A stretch of DNA of 32,000 bases from assembly GCF_003351905.1 (NCBI RefSeq), contig NZ_CP022339.1, positions 270,001-302,000 on the forward strand. The letters run 5' to 3'. Under the pieces are notes generated by a model. It had not been told where the DNA came from. It did not search any database and worked only from the letters and a program-made list of their open reading frames with translations. This DNA is from Candidatus Saccharimonadota bacterium. Its GTDB lineage: Bacteria > Bacteroidota > Bacteroidia > Cytophagales > Amoebophilaceae. A program made the position numbers and the translations under genes. Shown here piece by piece: positions 9,392-18,215 of the stretch (the stretch's first letter is position 1; every line of letters begins with the position of its first letter).

Positions 9392-10378
9392 ATGAAAAAA
9401 GTTGCAATTAATGGATTTGGTCGTATTGGTCGATTGGCCTTACGGAATCTTTTATCCTGTAGTGATCTACAGGTAGTAGCGCTGAATGACCTGGCCAACA
9501 GTGCTACTTTAGCCCATTTATTTAAATATGACTCTAACTACGGTCCTTTTAGGGGGCAAGTCACATGTGATGATACGAGTATAACCATAGATAACCAGCG
9601 CATCCATGTCTATGCCTCAGCGCATCCATCTGCATTGCCCTGGAAGACACTAGGTGTAGATATAGTCATAGAGGCTACAGGCCGTTTCTTAGACCAAGCA
9701 GGCGCCAGTAGCCATTTAACAGCAGGTGCCAAACAAGTAGTACTTTCTGCACCTGCTAAAGATCATACCATTCCCACTGTTGTACTGGGTATTAATGATG
9801 CGATTTTAAAAACCAAACCAGCGATTATATCTAATGCCTCTTGTACAACCAATTGTTTGGCACCCGTTGCTAAGGTATTAGACGACCATTTTGGTATAGC
9901 ACAAGGGGTCATCAATACCATCCATGCCTATACAGCTGACCAATCGTTGCAAGATGCACCACATAATGATTTAAGAAGAGCAAGAGCCGCTGCACTTTCT
10001 ATTATTCCTACTTCTACAGGCGCTGCCCAAGCTATAGGGCTGGTTATGCCCCATTTAGCTGGGAAACTAGATGGTATGGCCATGCGTGTGCCTGTTGCGA
10101 ACGGTTCAGTGGTTGACTTTACCGCTATCCTAAAGCAAGAGGCTACTCAAAAGAGCTTAAATGAAGCAATGTATCAAGCAGCCCAGGGTCCACTTAGGCA
10201 TATATTGGCCTATACAGAAGAACCGATTGTCTCTGTAGATGTAATAGGCACTACCTACTCCTCGATTGTGGATGGGAAACTCACCTATGTGGATGGTAAA
10301 TTGGCAAAAATCATCAGCTGGTATGATAATGAAGGAGGATATGCCCACCGGCTGGTAGATATCATACGGTTGCTCTAA
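9392..10378 (+). CDS. gap: Glyceraldehyde-3-phosphate dehydrogenase
   Basis: INGFGRIGR NAD-binding N-terminus, catalytic SNASCTTNCLAP, and the C-terminal WYDNE block. Confidence 0.96.
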   Translation: MKKVAINGFGRIGRLALRNLLSCSDLQVVALNDLANSATLAHLFKYDSNYGPFRGQVTCDDTSITIDNQRIHVYASAHPSALPWKTLGVDIVIEATGRFLDQAGASSHLTAGAKQVVLSAPAKDHTIPTVVLGINDAILKTKPAIISNASCTTNCLAPVAKVLDDHFGIAQGVINTIHAYTADQSLQDAPHNDLRRARAAALSIIPTSTGAAQAIGLVMPHLAGKLDGMAMRVPVANGSVVDFTAILKQEATQKSLNEAMYQAAQGPLRHILAYTEEPIVSVDVIGTTYSSIVDGKLTYVDGKLAKIISWYDNEGGYAHRLVDIIRLL

Positions 10379-10458
10379 AAAGATTAAACCTTAACTGCTA
10401 CATAGTATACAGTAACAAAAAAACTTTTACACAATCCTTTAGAAAGACCAAAAATTTA

Positions 10459-10717
10459 GTATGTGTTCAGTGCGATGGTTGTTTGCGTTAAAAGAACAAC
10501 GCCCCTGAAAAAAGTCGCGGTGTAGAAAATGGCATTTTACAGATGATTTGGAAAAACAGTTTCCTTTGAAGCCCCCGAAGGGGGCGCTTTCTGTTTTTCC
10601 ATCTGTAAGATGGCAGTTGCAGCGACTTTTTACCAAGGGCTTGATTTTTTGTCCCCTTTTTTATCAAGAAAAAAGGGGGAATAAAATACCTTATTAACCA
10701 GTGACGTGAACAAATAC
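10459..10717 (+). mobile_element. MITE-like palindromic element, copy A1 (reference orientation); non-autonomous
   Basis: The left end is GTATGTGTTCAGTGCGATGGTT. The reverse complement of the right end is GTATTTGTTCACGTCACTGGTT (16/22 identical by hand alignment). The identical octamer AAAATTTA lies immediately outside both ends (10451-10458 and 10718-10725). Internally there is a long imperfect hairpin at about 10501-10640 with its apex at 10577-10579, plus a small hairpin at 10653-10678. Related copies lie at 12373, 20638, 21562 and 27033. Confidence 0.7.
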
Positions 10718-10851
10718 AAAATTTAAGCCATACTCTTACTCCAATGGGTTCTGTCGCGTTTGTTTTAAAGAAATGCTTACTATTTCAGTAACTGTAGTTA
10801 AAAAGTAGTGACCATGTTCAAGATTTCTGTCAAATTCATACCTTATTTTAA

Positions 10852-10873
10852 GTATCTTTTCACGAAACTGGTT
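10852..10873 (-). repeat. Solo copy of the element terminal-repeat motif
   Basis: GTATCTTTTCACGAAACTGGTT matches GTATCTGTTCACATTACTGGTT at 27033-27054 at 18/22 positions by hand alignment. No adjacent hairpin module. Confidence 0.4.
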
Positions 10874-10909
10874 AATAAGCCATTTTTCTTTTAAAGATGG
10901 GTTCTTAAG

Positions 10910-11944
10910 TTAGGGCAACTTACTCGTAAATACCCTGTGAATCCATTTAGGTAGTAAAATAGCCCCTAGTACCAAATAGAGGTAAAAAGTACAGATGCGC
11001 CATAGCAACGCAATCAATAAAGTATAATCACCTAACATAGGTTCAAAAAACTTCTGAAACCAGAATTCTGCAATGCCGCTCCCACCCGGAGAAACAGGTA
11101 GCAACATCAGGGCCCACATCACAATTTGTCTGCCCCAAATGGCTAGGTGCTGACCAAAGGAAATAGGGCAATAAGCAGCCATCAAACAATTCATCAAAAC
11201 ATATCGAACCATCCAGGTTAAAAGGGTACAAAGCAATATTTTAGACCAAAAAATAGGGAACCTTCCTCTAAACTCATGTGAAGTAACGATGATATCTTTA
11301 CTTAACTGATAAGCTGATCGACGCCACCGCTTCAAAAAACCGATACTGGTTATACGCATTAAAATCCATTTTAAGGGCTTGGGATTGACAAACACACCAA
11401 TGGTCATCACCAAGTTATAAAGAAAGAAAAAAGCATAAGTACTAAAAAAAAAGGCTTTGATGCCACTACTCAGTTGACCTGCAATAACAAAAATGGAGTC
11501 ATATGCCCCCCCCAAACCGAATGAACCAGCTAGAAGAAAGAACAGATTATCCACTATCCCGGTCACAATAACATAGGCAATGGACCTACCAAATGATAAT
11601 CCTTCTTTAGATAAGAGAAAAATGGCTACTAGCCCTCCTCCTACCACGGATGGTGTAACAGCAGTGCCAAACTCCCAAAGAATGGTCACATAAAAACAAC
11701 TCGTCCAACTCAAAGTATGGTTGCTCAAGATCCGTAATCTATACATATGGCCCACCTCACGCAATACAATGGCTAATAAAGTCATAAACAGATAATACCA
11801 ATTAGGTGCACTTAATAATGTAATGACCTCAAGTGAAATTTTACCAGATCTATAGAATAAAAAACCAGTAATCGCTAGTCCACATATTATAGGGAACCAT
11901 ACCTTTTTAACATTTAATGTTTTAAGTGCCTCTTGAGCATCCAT
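10910..11944 (-). CDS. Multi-pass membrane protein, flippase-like / lysylphosphatidylglycerol-synthase TM-region family (UPF0104-like)
   Basis: 344 aa with about eight hydrophobic segments. The block REVGHMYRLRIL...FGTAVTPSVVGGGLVAIFLL resembles the conserved R-x-x-R ... TP-x-x-x-GG pattern of this family. It starts 18 nt after the gatC stop, so an operon is likely. Confidence 0.6.
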   Translation of the reverse strand: MDAQEALKTLNVKKVWFPIICGLAITGFLFYRSGKISLEVITLLSAPNWYYLFMTLLAIVLREVGHMYRLRILSNHTLSWTSCFYVTILWEFGTAVTPSVVGGGLVAIFLLSKEGLSFGRSIAYVIVTGIVDNLFFLLAGSFGLGGAYDSIFVIAGQLSSGIKAFFFSTYAFFFLYNLVMTIGVFVNPKPLKWILMRITSIGFLKRWRRSAYQLSKDIIVTSHEFRGRFPIFWSKILLCTLLTWMVRYVLMNCLMAAYCPISFGQHLAIWGRQIVMWALMLLPVSPGGSGIAEFWFQKFFEPMLGDYTLLIALLWRICTFYLYLVLGAILLPKWIHRVFTSKLP

Positions 11945-11962
11945 ATATATCGTATTATTAAT

Positions 11963-12286
11963 TTAACTTGGTTCAGCTAAGTCTGCATGCGCAGCAATCC
12001 CTTTCACAGTAGGAACCCTGAAATAATTTGAATCACTGCTAGGGGCAAGCGCTAGCGCCTGCTCATGTGAAAGCCAATTCGATACCACATCTGACCGTAA
12101 ACTAGTAGATGCCAATCTATAAGATTCTTCTACAACAACACTATTATCCACATCAAGTTCATCTAGCTGATTGACCCAATCTACCATGGCATTTAAGTCA
12201 TGGAGCATAGTGTCCCGCTCATGCGGCGGCAATTCAAGGCGACACAGATAGGCCAATTTATTTAAAAGATCATTATCAATAACCAT
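11963..12286 (-). CDS. gatC: Asp-tRNA(Asn)/Glu-tRNA(Gln) amidotransferase subunit C
   Basis: 107 aa. LAYLCRLELPPHERDTMLHDLNAMVDWVNQLDELDV followed by LRSDVV matches the GatC pattern and size. Confidence 0.85.
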   Translation of the reverse strand: MVIDNDLLNKLAYLCRLELPPHERDTMLHDLNAMVDWVNQLDELDVDNSVVVEESYRLASTSLRSDVVSNWLSHEQALALAPSSDSNYFRVPTVKGIAAHADLAEPS

Positions 12287-12372
12287 ACACAGACTAAATA
12301 AAAAATTTTACCAATCTAAAATTATTTTAAGCAGAACAAAATAGCTGTCAGCGCAGATAAAAAAGATACAAT

Positions 12373-12632
12373 GAGTCTCTCTTCTAGTCACTGATTTTTT
12401 GTATTAAAAACAAAAAACCCTCAAAAAAGTCGCGGTGTAGCAAGTGTCATCTAAGAGATGATTGGGAAAAACAGTTTCCTTTAAATCCCCAAAGGGGGCG
12501 CTTGCTGTTTTTCCATCTCTCAGATGACACCTGCAGCAACTTTTTACCGAGGGCTTGATTTTTTGCTTACTTTTTTATCAAGAAAAAAGTAAAAATAAAA
12601 TTGCTTTACTAACCAGTGGCGTACATAGACAC
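12373..12632 (+). mobile_element. MITE-like palindromic element, copy A2
   Basis: Same module order as A1. The long hairpin has its core at 12465-14 of this region (12465-12514). The small hairpin is TTACTTTTTT-ATCAAG-AAAAAAGTAA at 12567-12592. The right terminal motif is AACCAGTGGCGTACATAGACAC. The left terminal repeat is more degenerate, so the left boundary is approximate. No clean flanking duplication is visible. Confidence 0.6.
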
Positions 12633-12683
12633 TAAAATGAAAGCACACATAAGCTACGTACAGTATGATACCGATTGCATTCT

Positions 12684-13298
12684 TTATAGTTTTGAAGCAA
12701 TAGGATGCAAGGTTACTAAATACAATTTAACAATAACTTCGTTGTTTATAGCATCTTCGTTTTTTATAGCATAGTCAAATGGGACTTTACCAAAGCTATC
12801 CTTCTTATTTGGATCTAAGGACAATGCCAATAATCGCTCCACTATTTTAGGGCTTTCCGTATCGTCTAACGCAGCTGCATAGTGCAATAAGGTTTTACCA
12901 TCTTGACCCCGTATCTTTAGCTTATTCAGATCTATTGCTTTTTGAATCAACTGCTTTACAGCGGATGCATTAGATTCCTTGTGTGCCCAATCTAAGGGTA
13001 TCCATCCAGCGTTATCTTGCTTATCTATCGCTGCACCTGCATCAAGCAACATTTTAATAATAGAACCTTTTCTATCATAACAACAGGCCCAACCTAAAGG
13101 CGGATTGCCATAGAAATCTGGTGCATTAGGATCTGCACCTTGACGCAAACAGCTATCCACTTTTTTAGGGTTACCTTTTTTTATCGCCGTAATCAAATCA
13201 GGCTGTTCTGATTCCTGTTCACTAGACCTACACCTGCTTGCTTGTAGGGAATAAAAGATTAGAATAGCTAAAGCTAGGCATCGCATATCACAAGCCAA
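12684..13298 (-). CDS. Ankyrin-repeat protein (about four repeats) with an N-terminal signal peptide
   Basis: N-terminus MRCLALAILIFYSLQASRC, followed by ANK-like units (GNPPLGWACCYDRKGSIIKMLLDAGAAID, GWIPLDWAHKESNASAVKQLI, GKTLLHYAAALDD..IVERLL). Confidence 0.85.
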   Translation of the reverse strand: MACDMRCLALAILIFYSLQASRCRSSEQESEQPDLITAIKKGNPKKVDSCLRQGADPNAPDFYGNPPLGWACCYDRKGSIIKMLLDAGAAIDKQDNAGWIPLDWAHKESNASAVKQLIQKAIDLNKLKIRGQDGKTLLHYAAALDDTESPKIVERLLALSLDPNKKDSFGKVPFDYAIKNEDAINNEVIVKLYLVTLHPIASKL

Positions 13299-13454
13299 TA
13301 AAATAAATCAGAAAGAGCAACCCAAGCAATAGCCTTATTATATAGATCTTTACATCTGTACCAAAATAGAAGGTAAAAACAGCCAGACCAAAGTATGCAA
13401 CAGGCAATTATCTATAAGGGCATAACCAATGTACCACAATTGGCATGCATCTTA

Positions 13455-14477
13455 TTACTTACCCTTTTTCAAAGTTTTTGACGCATCTACAGTTTTTGAT
13501 GCATCAGACTCGAGCACATCTACCACCTCAACTTCAAACAAGAGAATGGAATTGGCAGGAATAAGCTTTCCTATCGCATTTGGACCATAGGCCAAAGCAG
13601 ATGGTATAAAAAAACGTGCTTTTTCATGCTTCTTGAGCAATAATAAACCTTCATCCCATCCTTTAATCACATAGCCAAGACCTACTTTAAACTCAAATGG
13701 TTGGTAGGGCCTTTGTGCATTATAAATATTGTGCGCCTTAGCTACCTCTTCTACACTGGTATCAAACACCGTACCATCTAATAGCCTACCGGTATAATGG
13801 ACTTTAATGGTCTTGCCCTTACCCACAGGAATGGCATCAGAAACGTGATCAATACTATAAAAAAGACCAGAATCTGTGGTAGATGCTTCAATATGCTGCG
13901 CAGCTAAATAATCAGTAATCAGCTGCTTGTCTTTAGCTAATTGGGTCGTACGACGCGTTTCTAGCATTTGGTGGTATGCTTCGTCAGTCATAATCTCATT
14001 TAATTTAATATCCATTACAAATTCATCCTCTTTATTTAAATCGAGCTGCTTTAAAATCTGCTCTAAACGTTCCGGATCTTTTTCTTCCAGATAGTCTGCA
14101 GGCGCACATTTAAAAACCATATGTTGCTTACCTTGCATCATACCAATCATCTCAGCCAACTTCTTATTTTCCGATTGAAAAGAGGACTCAAACTGCAAGA
14201 AAAAAGGCTCCGGTCGATTGATTAATATTATTTCTTTAGGGTCACTTTTTTTATCTTTTGTTCCTTTTTTAGGGATTGCTTTCATGACAAAAGAGAATTC
14301 AAACCACTCGCCATCCTTTACTTTTCTTCCGTTACCTTTTTTCCCTATCGATTTATAAGAAAGGCCCGATGGGGTAGTAAGAAAAGGATAACCATAACAA
14401 TGGTACTGATGATTATACCAGACAAGTCCTATAACAAGGGTCATAAATATCCAGGCGCATACTACTTTACGTTTCAT
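13455..14477 (-). CDS. FKBP-type peptidyl-prolyl cis-trans isomerase with an N-terminal membrane anchor or signal
   Basis: The C-terminal FKBP domain has VHYTGRLLDGTVFDTS, FEFKVGLGYVIKGWDEGL and IPANSILLFEVEVVDV. The N-terminus VVCAWIFMTLVIGLVWY is hydrophobic. Confidence 0.85.
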   Translation of the reverse strand: MKRKVVCAWIFMTLVIGLVWYNHQYHCYGYPFLTTPSGLSYKSIGKKGNGRKVKDGEWFEFSFVMKAIPKKGTKDKKSDPKEIILINRPEPFFLQFESSFQSENKKLAEMIGMMQGKQHMVFKCAPADYLEEKDPERLEQILKQLDLNKEDEFVMDIKLNEIMTDEAYHQMLETRRTTQLAKDKQLITDYLAAQHIEASTTDSGLFYSIDHVSDAIPVGKGKTIKVHYTGRLLDGTVFDTSVEEVAKAHNIYNAQRPYQPFEFKVGLGYVIKGWDEGLLLLKKHEKARFFIPSALAYGPNAIGKLIPANSILLFEVEVVDVLESDASKTVDASKTLKKGK

Positions 14478-14486
14478 ATAATATAA

Positions 14487-15491
14487 TTAAAAATTAAGGT
14501 GAAGGTCTTGCAATATTTTTTCAAATTGATCCACGGTTTCTGTTAAACTTAAATGAGAAACGCCCCCTGCAGCATTCTTATGGCCCCCACCACTAAAGTA
14601 TTTTTTGGCAATTAAGTTAGCCGGTATGTCACCAACAGATCGCAGAGAAAGGTATACCATCTCATCTTTTTCTTTTAGCACAGCGGCTAACGATATACCT
14701 TTTAAGGAAAGCGCATAATCTACCAAGCCTTCTGTATCCCCACTCTTTAAATCGTACCTTTTATAATCGTCTTTTTGAATCACAAAATAGGCCACATGCA
14801 AGGCAGGCAACACAACCAAACGCTGGCTAACTGCAAAACTAAAAAAATGCAACCTGTTGAGCGACTTATTGTCGTAAATAAGCCGCTGTACCTTAAAAGG
14901 ATCTACCCCATACGCTATCAAATCGGCTGCAATGCGATGCGTAATAGACCGCGTATTGGGATTTTTAAACGAGTTGGTATCGGTTACAATACCCGTATAC
15001 AAACAAGTAGCAACTGGAAGAGTGACCTTTTCTTTCTGCCCCAATGCTTCAAAAATTTGAAACAATACCTCTGCACTAGCAGCTGCTTTAGGATCCCATA
15101 ATAAAAGGTTTGCAAAGTTTTCCGGCTCTATATGATGGTCAATAATAACCTTAAATGCATCAGATTGCTTTAATATATAGGCCCACTCATCCAAACGGCT
15201 GGCAGCAGAGAAGTCTACACAAAAAAGTAAATCGATGGTCTTGATTTGCGCTAATAAAGCTTCCTGTGTGTAATGCGCTGCTACGATCACCGTATCTACC
15301 CCCGGTAGCCAAGAGAGAAAGGTAGGATAGGCTGTGGGCGCAATGACATGAACGGAATGGCCCTGCTCCCTAAGAAACAAAGCCAAAGCTAACGAAGTCC
15401 CAAGTGCATCTCCATCAGGTCTAGCATGCATGACCACTGCAATCTGCTTAGGACTGGCTAACTGCTCTTTTAGAATAGATATATCGTACAT
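14487..15491 (-). CDS. nrnA: DHH/DHHA1 phosphoesterase, NrnA-like oligoribonuclease / pAp phosphatase
   Basis: Motifs HARPDGDALGTS, IIDHH and the C-terminal GGGHKNAAGG. 334 aa. Its stop lies 9 nt from the downstream FKBP gene start. Confidence 0.85.
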   Translation of the reverse strand: MYDISILKEQLASPKQIAVVMHARPDGDALGTSLALALFLREQGHSVHVIAPTAYPTFLSWLPGVDTVIVAAHYTQEALLAQIKTIDLLFCVDFSAASRLDEWAYILKQSDAFKVIIDHHIEPENFANLLLWDPKAAASAEVLFQIFEALGQKEKVTLPVATCLYTGIVTDTNSFKNPNTRSITHRIAADLIAYGVDPFKVQRLIYDNKSLNRLHFFSFAVSQRLVVLPALHVAYFVIQKDDYKRYDLKSGDTEGLVDYALSLKGISLAAVLKEKDEMVYLSLRSVGDIPANLIAKKYFSGGGHKNAAGGVSHLSLTETVDQFEKILQDLHLNF

Positions 15492-15730
15492 ATATAGGCA
15501 ATCTAATAAAAATTTATGATATGGAAAAATATATGGGCCTATAACCAGATGGTTCGTAAAAGCATCCTAGCTAAAATAGGCCACCATCCCTAGGCTATTG
15601 CATGCAATAGATACCAAGTGTACCTATTGCAACCATAGACCTTTTGGTAATGGCATGAGCTATAAGTGGGGTCGCTCTAGGCCAAACTTAGCAGATGTAT
15701 ATGAACCATACCGAGACCTATAGGTAAAAT

Positions 15731-17503
15731 TTATTCAACTTTATACCTTTCATCAGTAACTTGTGCCAATTCTTCCATAGCACTACCTATGTAATAGGGC
15801 TGTATCCACCGTTCTACCTGTCTCGTTTGGTCATTATGCTTGGCTGATGCGGCGGCTGTATCTTTATTGCTTACACAAGCTATAAAAATACCTTGATCAT
15901 CAATAATCGGATCACTTAAAACATTTAACCCTAACCCAAAACATTTTCCTACAAAAACTTGGGCTTTTTTAAGCTGGTGATCATCTTTTTCCAAAAAACA
16001 CAACCGCTCCACCGATTGTATGGTCAGCCCTTCACCATATTGCTCTGCTATACCCTGCAACGTGGTAGCCTTGATGCATTTGAGTTTATCTAAAATTATT
16101 TTGGCTTTTTCTTGATGTAAGACCTTTGCATATACTTTTCGGAAAACCGAATCTAAAGGAACCAAATCACCTGGCTTAACCTGATCCACCATAACCGCCA
16201 ATAGATAGACGTTCCCTAAATCAAACAACGGAGAGACCTTGCCTACCGTGGCCTGATTGTAGAGCCAGCAAACCACCTTTCGAGCAGCTGCATGCGGACC
16301 AATAGAGCCATCAGATGGTGCAACGGTCTCTTTTTGAATGGTTAAGTGCGCATGCGTAGCCAATTGCTCTAAATCAGCCAACCCTTTTACAGAATCAGTA
16401 AGCTGCTGCACCTGCCTAAAATACTTATTACGTGTCTGGTCACTGACCAAAGGCTTTTTCTCAATAACAGCGATTTCATAATGGCCTTTCTCTACTTTAA
16501 TCAGCTTATACAAGGTGTGGAAAGCATCATTTACAACGGGACCTACTACCATACCCGCCTTTAGGGTGTGTTTGATGGTAGTGAAGGCACTAGGCAACGT
16601 ATCCGCTGTACAGACCAAACGTGTATCTTCAAGATGGCCATCGGTATGCTGTTTAGAAAAGGCATATGGATCTGTTGTAGTAGAAAACTGAACAACAAGA
16701 TTATTTAATTCTTTTTGAAAATCATCACTATCAGATTTATTTTGTTGAACAGGGAAAGCAATATAGTGAATGGTTTTGAGCGCTGATAAAGCGGTATACT
16801 GGTTTTTATGAGCAGCCATATAGTCTCGTAATTGCTGATTGGTCAGTCGAACCAAATCATCTTGAATCGAGGAAAAGGGAATATAAAGATAGTCTACCTT
16901 ACAGAACAGGCCAGCCTGTTGTGCAGCGTGCGCCACTTCCAATGTAGTAGTAAAACAACTTTGCACCATGAGTTGATGCAACTTTTTGACCGCTCTTTTT
17001 TGGGCAAGATCTTGTTCAACCTGACACCACCAGACTTGCTCACTTTTAGATAAATTATTGAGATAGTTCAATAATTTTTGCTTATCAAAATCACCTGTTT
17101 TAGGATCTTTAAACGCAGCTCTAAGTTCTGTATCAATATGTTCCCCCTGCACCAAATCGACGAGCTCTTGACTCCCTACCGCAATACCAGCCTGCTTGAG
17201 TTCTTTCCTATAAAGCATGCGCTCAATTAACTGACGCCATGCATAATCCCTTAAACGTAGCTGATCCGCTTCCTTGGGCTGCTTCCCTTGACTAGCCAGA
17301 TTACGACAAATCGTTTCATACATTTTATGGTAATCGACGTAGCTAATTTTTTCACCAGATAACCGACCAATTTGATCTTTACTACTAAAAAGATAGGGGA
17401 TGACACGCGCCAACTCACTACCCAAAAACATAACCACCAAAAAAGAGACCACCATCACAACAAAGGTATTGCCACTCTTTCTAATATTTCCAAGAATTGC
17501 CAT
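15731..17503 (-). CDS. PpiD/SurA-like periplasmic chaperone (membrane-anchored); the parvulin domain appears degenerate
   Basis: 590 aa. The N-terminus ILGNIRKSGNTFVVMVVSFLVVMFLG has the typical PpiD-type anchor, followed by a SurA_N-like helical region. I see only a weak parvulin-like stretch (AGMVVGPVVNDAFHTLYKLIKV). Confidence 0.6.
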   Translation of the reverse strand: MAILGNIRKSGNTFVVMVVSFLVVMFLGSELARVIPYLFSSKDQIGRLSGEKISYVDYHKMYETICRNLASQGKQPKEADQLRLRDYAWRQLIERMLYRKELKQAGIAVGSQELVDLVQGEHIDTELRAAFKDPKTGDFDKQKLLNYLNNLSKSEQVWWCQVEQDLAQKRAVKKLHQLMVQSCFTTTLEVAHAAQQAGLFCKVDYLYIPFSSIQDDLVRLTNQQLRDYMAAHKNQYTALSALKTIHYIAFPVQQNKSDSDDFQKELNNLVVQFSTTTDPYAFSKQHTDGHLEDTRLVCTADTLPSAFTTIKHTLKAGMVVGPVVNDAFHTLYKLIKVEKGHYEIAVIEKKPLVSDQTRNKYFRQVQQLTDSVKGLADLEQLATHAHLTIQKETVAPSDGSIGPHAAARKVVCWLYNQATVGKVSPLFDLGNVYLLAVMVDQVKPGDLVPLDSVFRKVYAKVLHQEKAKIILDKLKCIKATTLQGIAEQYGEGLTIQSVERLCFLEKDDHQLKKAQVFVGKCFGLGLNVLSDPIIDDQGIFIACVSNKDTAAASAKHNDQTRQVERWIQPYYIGSAMEELAQVTDERYKVE

Positions 17504-17741
17504 TTATAGAGATGCTTTAAATGTAAACCCACACCAACCATACTACCCCCTATTGCGAATTTACCGCCTAATCGGATAGGATCAAAATAAGACCATCGAT
17601 TAGGCAGTTTGCGAAATGCTATCGGGCAATTGGTCCGTCGATCCAGTACCTCAATCCTCACCCAGGCCTTGTACGCTGTGGTCTTGCATACCTTTTTTCA
17701 CTCATCAACTTTTTTCGAAAAAAATCTAGGATAAGCCATAG

Positions 17742-18215
17742 TTACTTTAACAGCCCTTTGCGTTGCAAGACAGTTGTAAAAAATTTGATCTCATTATCTC
17801 CATGGAAGATTTTAAATGGAAGATAAAAAAACTGCACCTTAGATAACACCAATAGAAAATATCCTTTCCCTTTATAAGCCTTCCGAATTTCTGTCCATGA
17901 TATGGGCATGGCCTGTTTTGCATTGAGCTGCATGATCAACTGCTGGTTGTTAATTTCATATACGACACGCTCAAAAATAGGACGATTGGTATCTAATTGT
18001 GTAAGTCCATAGAGCTGAACCAGCCAAAAAATCAGATAACAGATAAAACCGATGATACCGACCAACACAAACCAGATCGTCTTGATAAAAAAGGTACTAC
18101 TCATCAAAAGCGCAAGCAGAGGAAAAATCCACCACTGCATGCGTAAAATATTTTGTATCCCTAATTTTACATAAAGACCATTCGACATTTTATATTTTTT
18201 TGTTTTGACAATCAT
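17742..18215 (-). CDS. Small two-TM membrane protein, possibly YcxB-like; function unknown
   Basis: 157-aa ORF with two adjacent hydrophobic helices (WWIFPLLALLMSSTFFI, IWFVLVGIIGFICYLIFWLV) and then a soluble tail. The assignment rests on architecture only. Confidence 0.5.
   Translation of the reverse strand: MIVKTKKYKMSNGLYVKLGIQNILRMQWWIFPLLALLMSSTFFIKTIWFVLVGIIGFICYLIFWLVQLYGLTQLDTNRPIFERVVYEINNQQLIMQLNAKQAMPISWTEIRKAYKGKGYFLLVLSKVQFFYLPFKIFHGDNEIKFFTTVLQRKGLLK

Noticed and set aside
10439-10636. Track ORF 10439-10636 (-)
   Set aside because: It lies entirely within the long hairpin of element copy A1. The equivalent region in the other copies has no conserved frame.
10653-10678. The small hairpin as a canonical Rho-independent terminator
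   Set aside because: The stem is mostly A/T runs, and neither orientation is followed by a U-tract. The elements also sit in promoter-side positions (for example upstream of gatC), so I do not call it a terminator.
17504-17741. The 238-bp gap upstream of the PpiD-like gene as a small RNA or riboswitch (contains a 9-bp stem GCCTAATCG/CGATTAGGC at about 17568-17607, plus track ORF 17455-17661)
   Set aside because: I could not match it to any RNA family I know (SRP, 6S, tmRNA, RNase P, common riboswitch cores). The ORF overlaps the PpiD-like start and looks non-coding. It is unexplained but there is not enough evidence to call anything.
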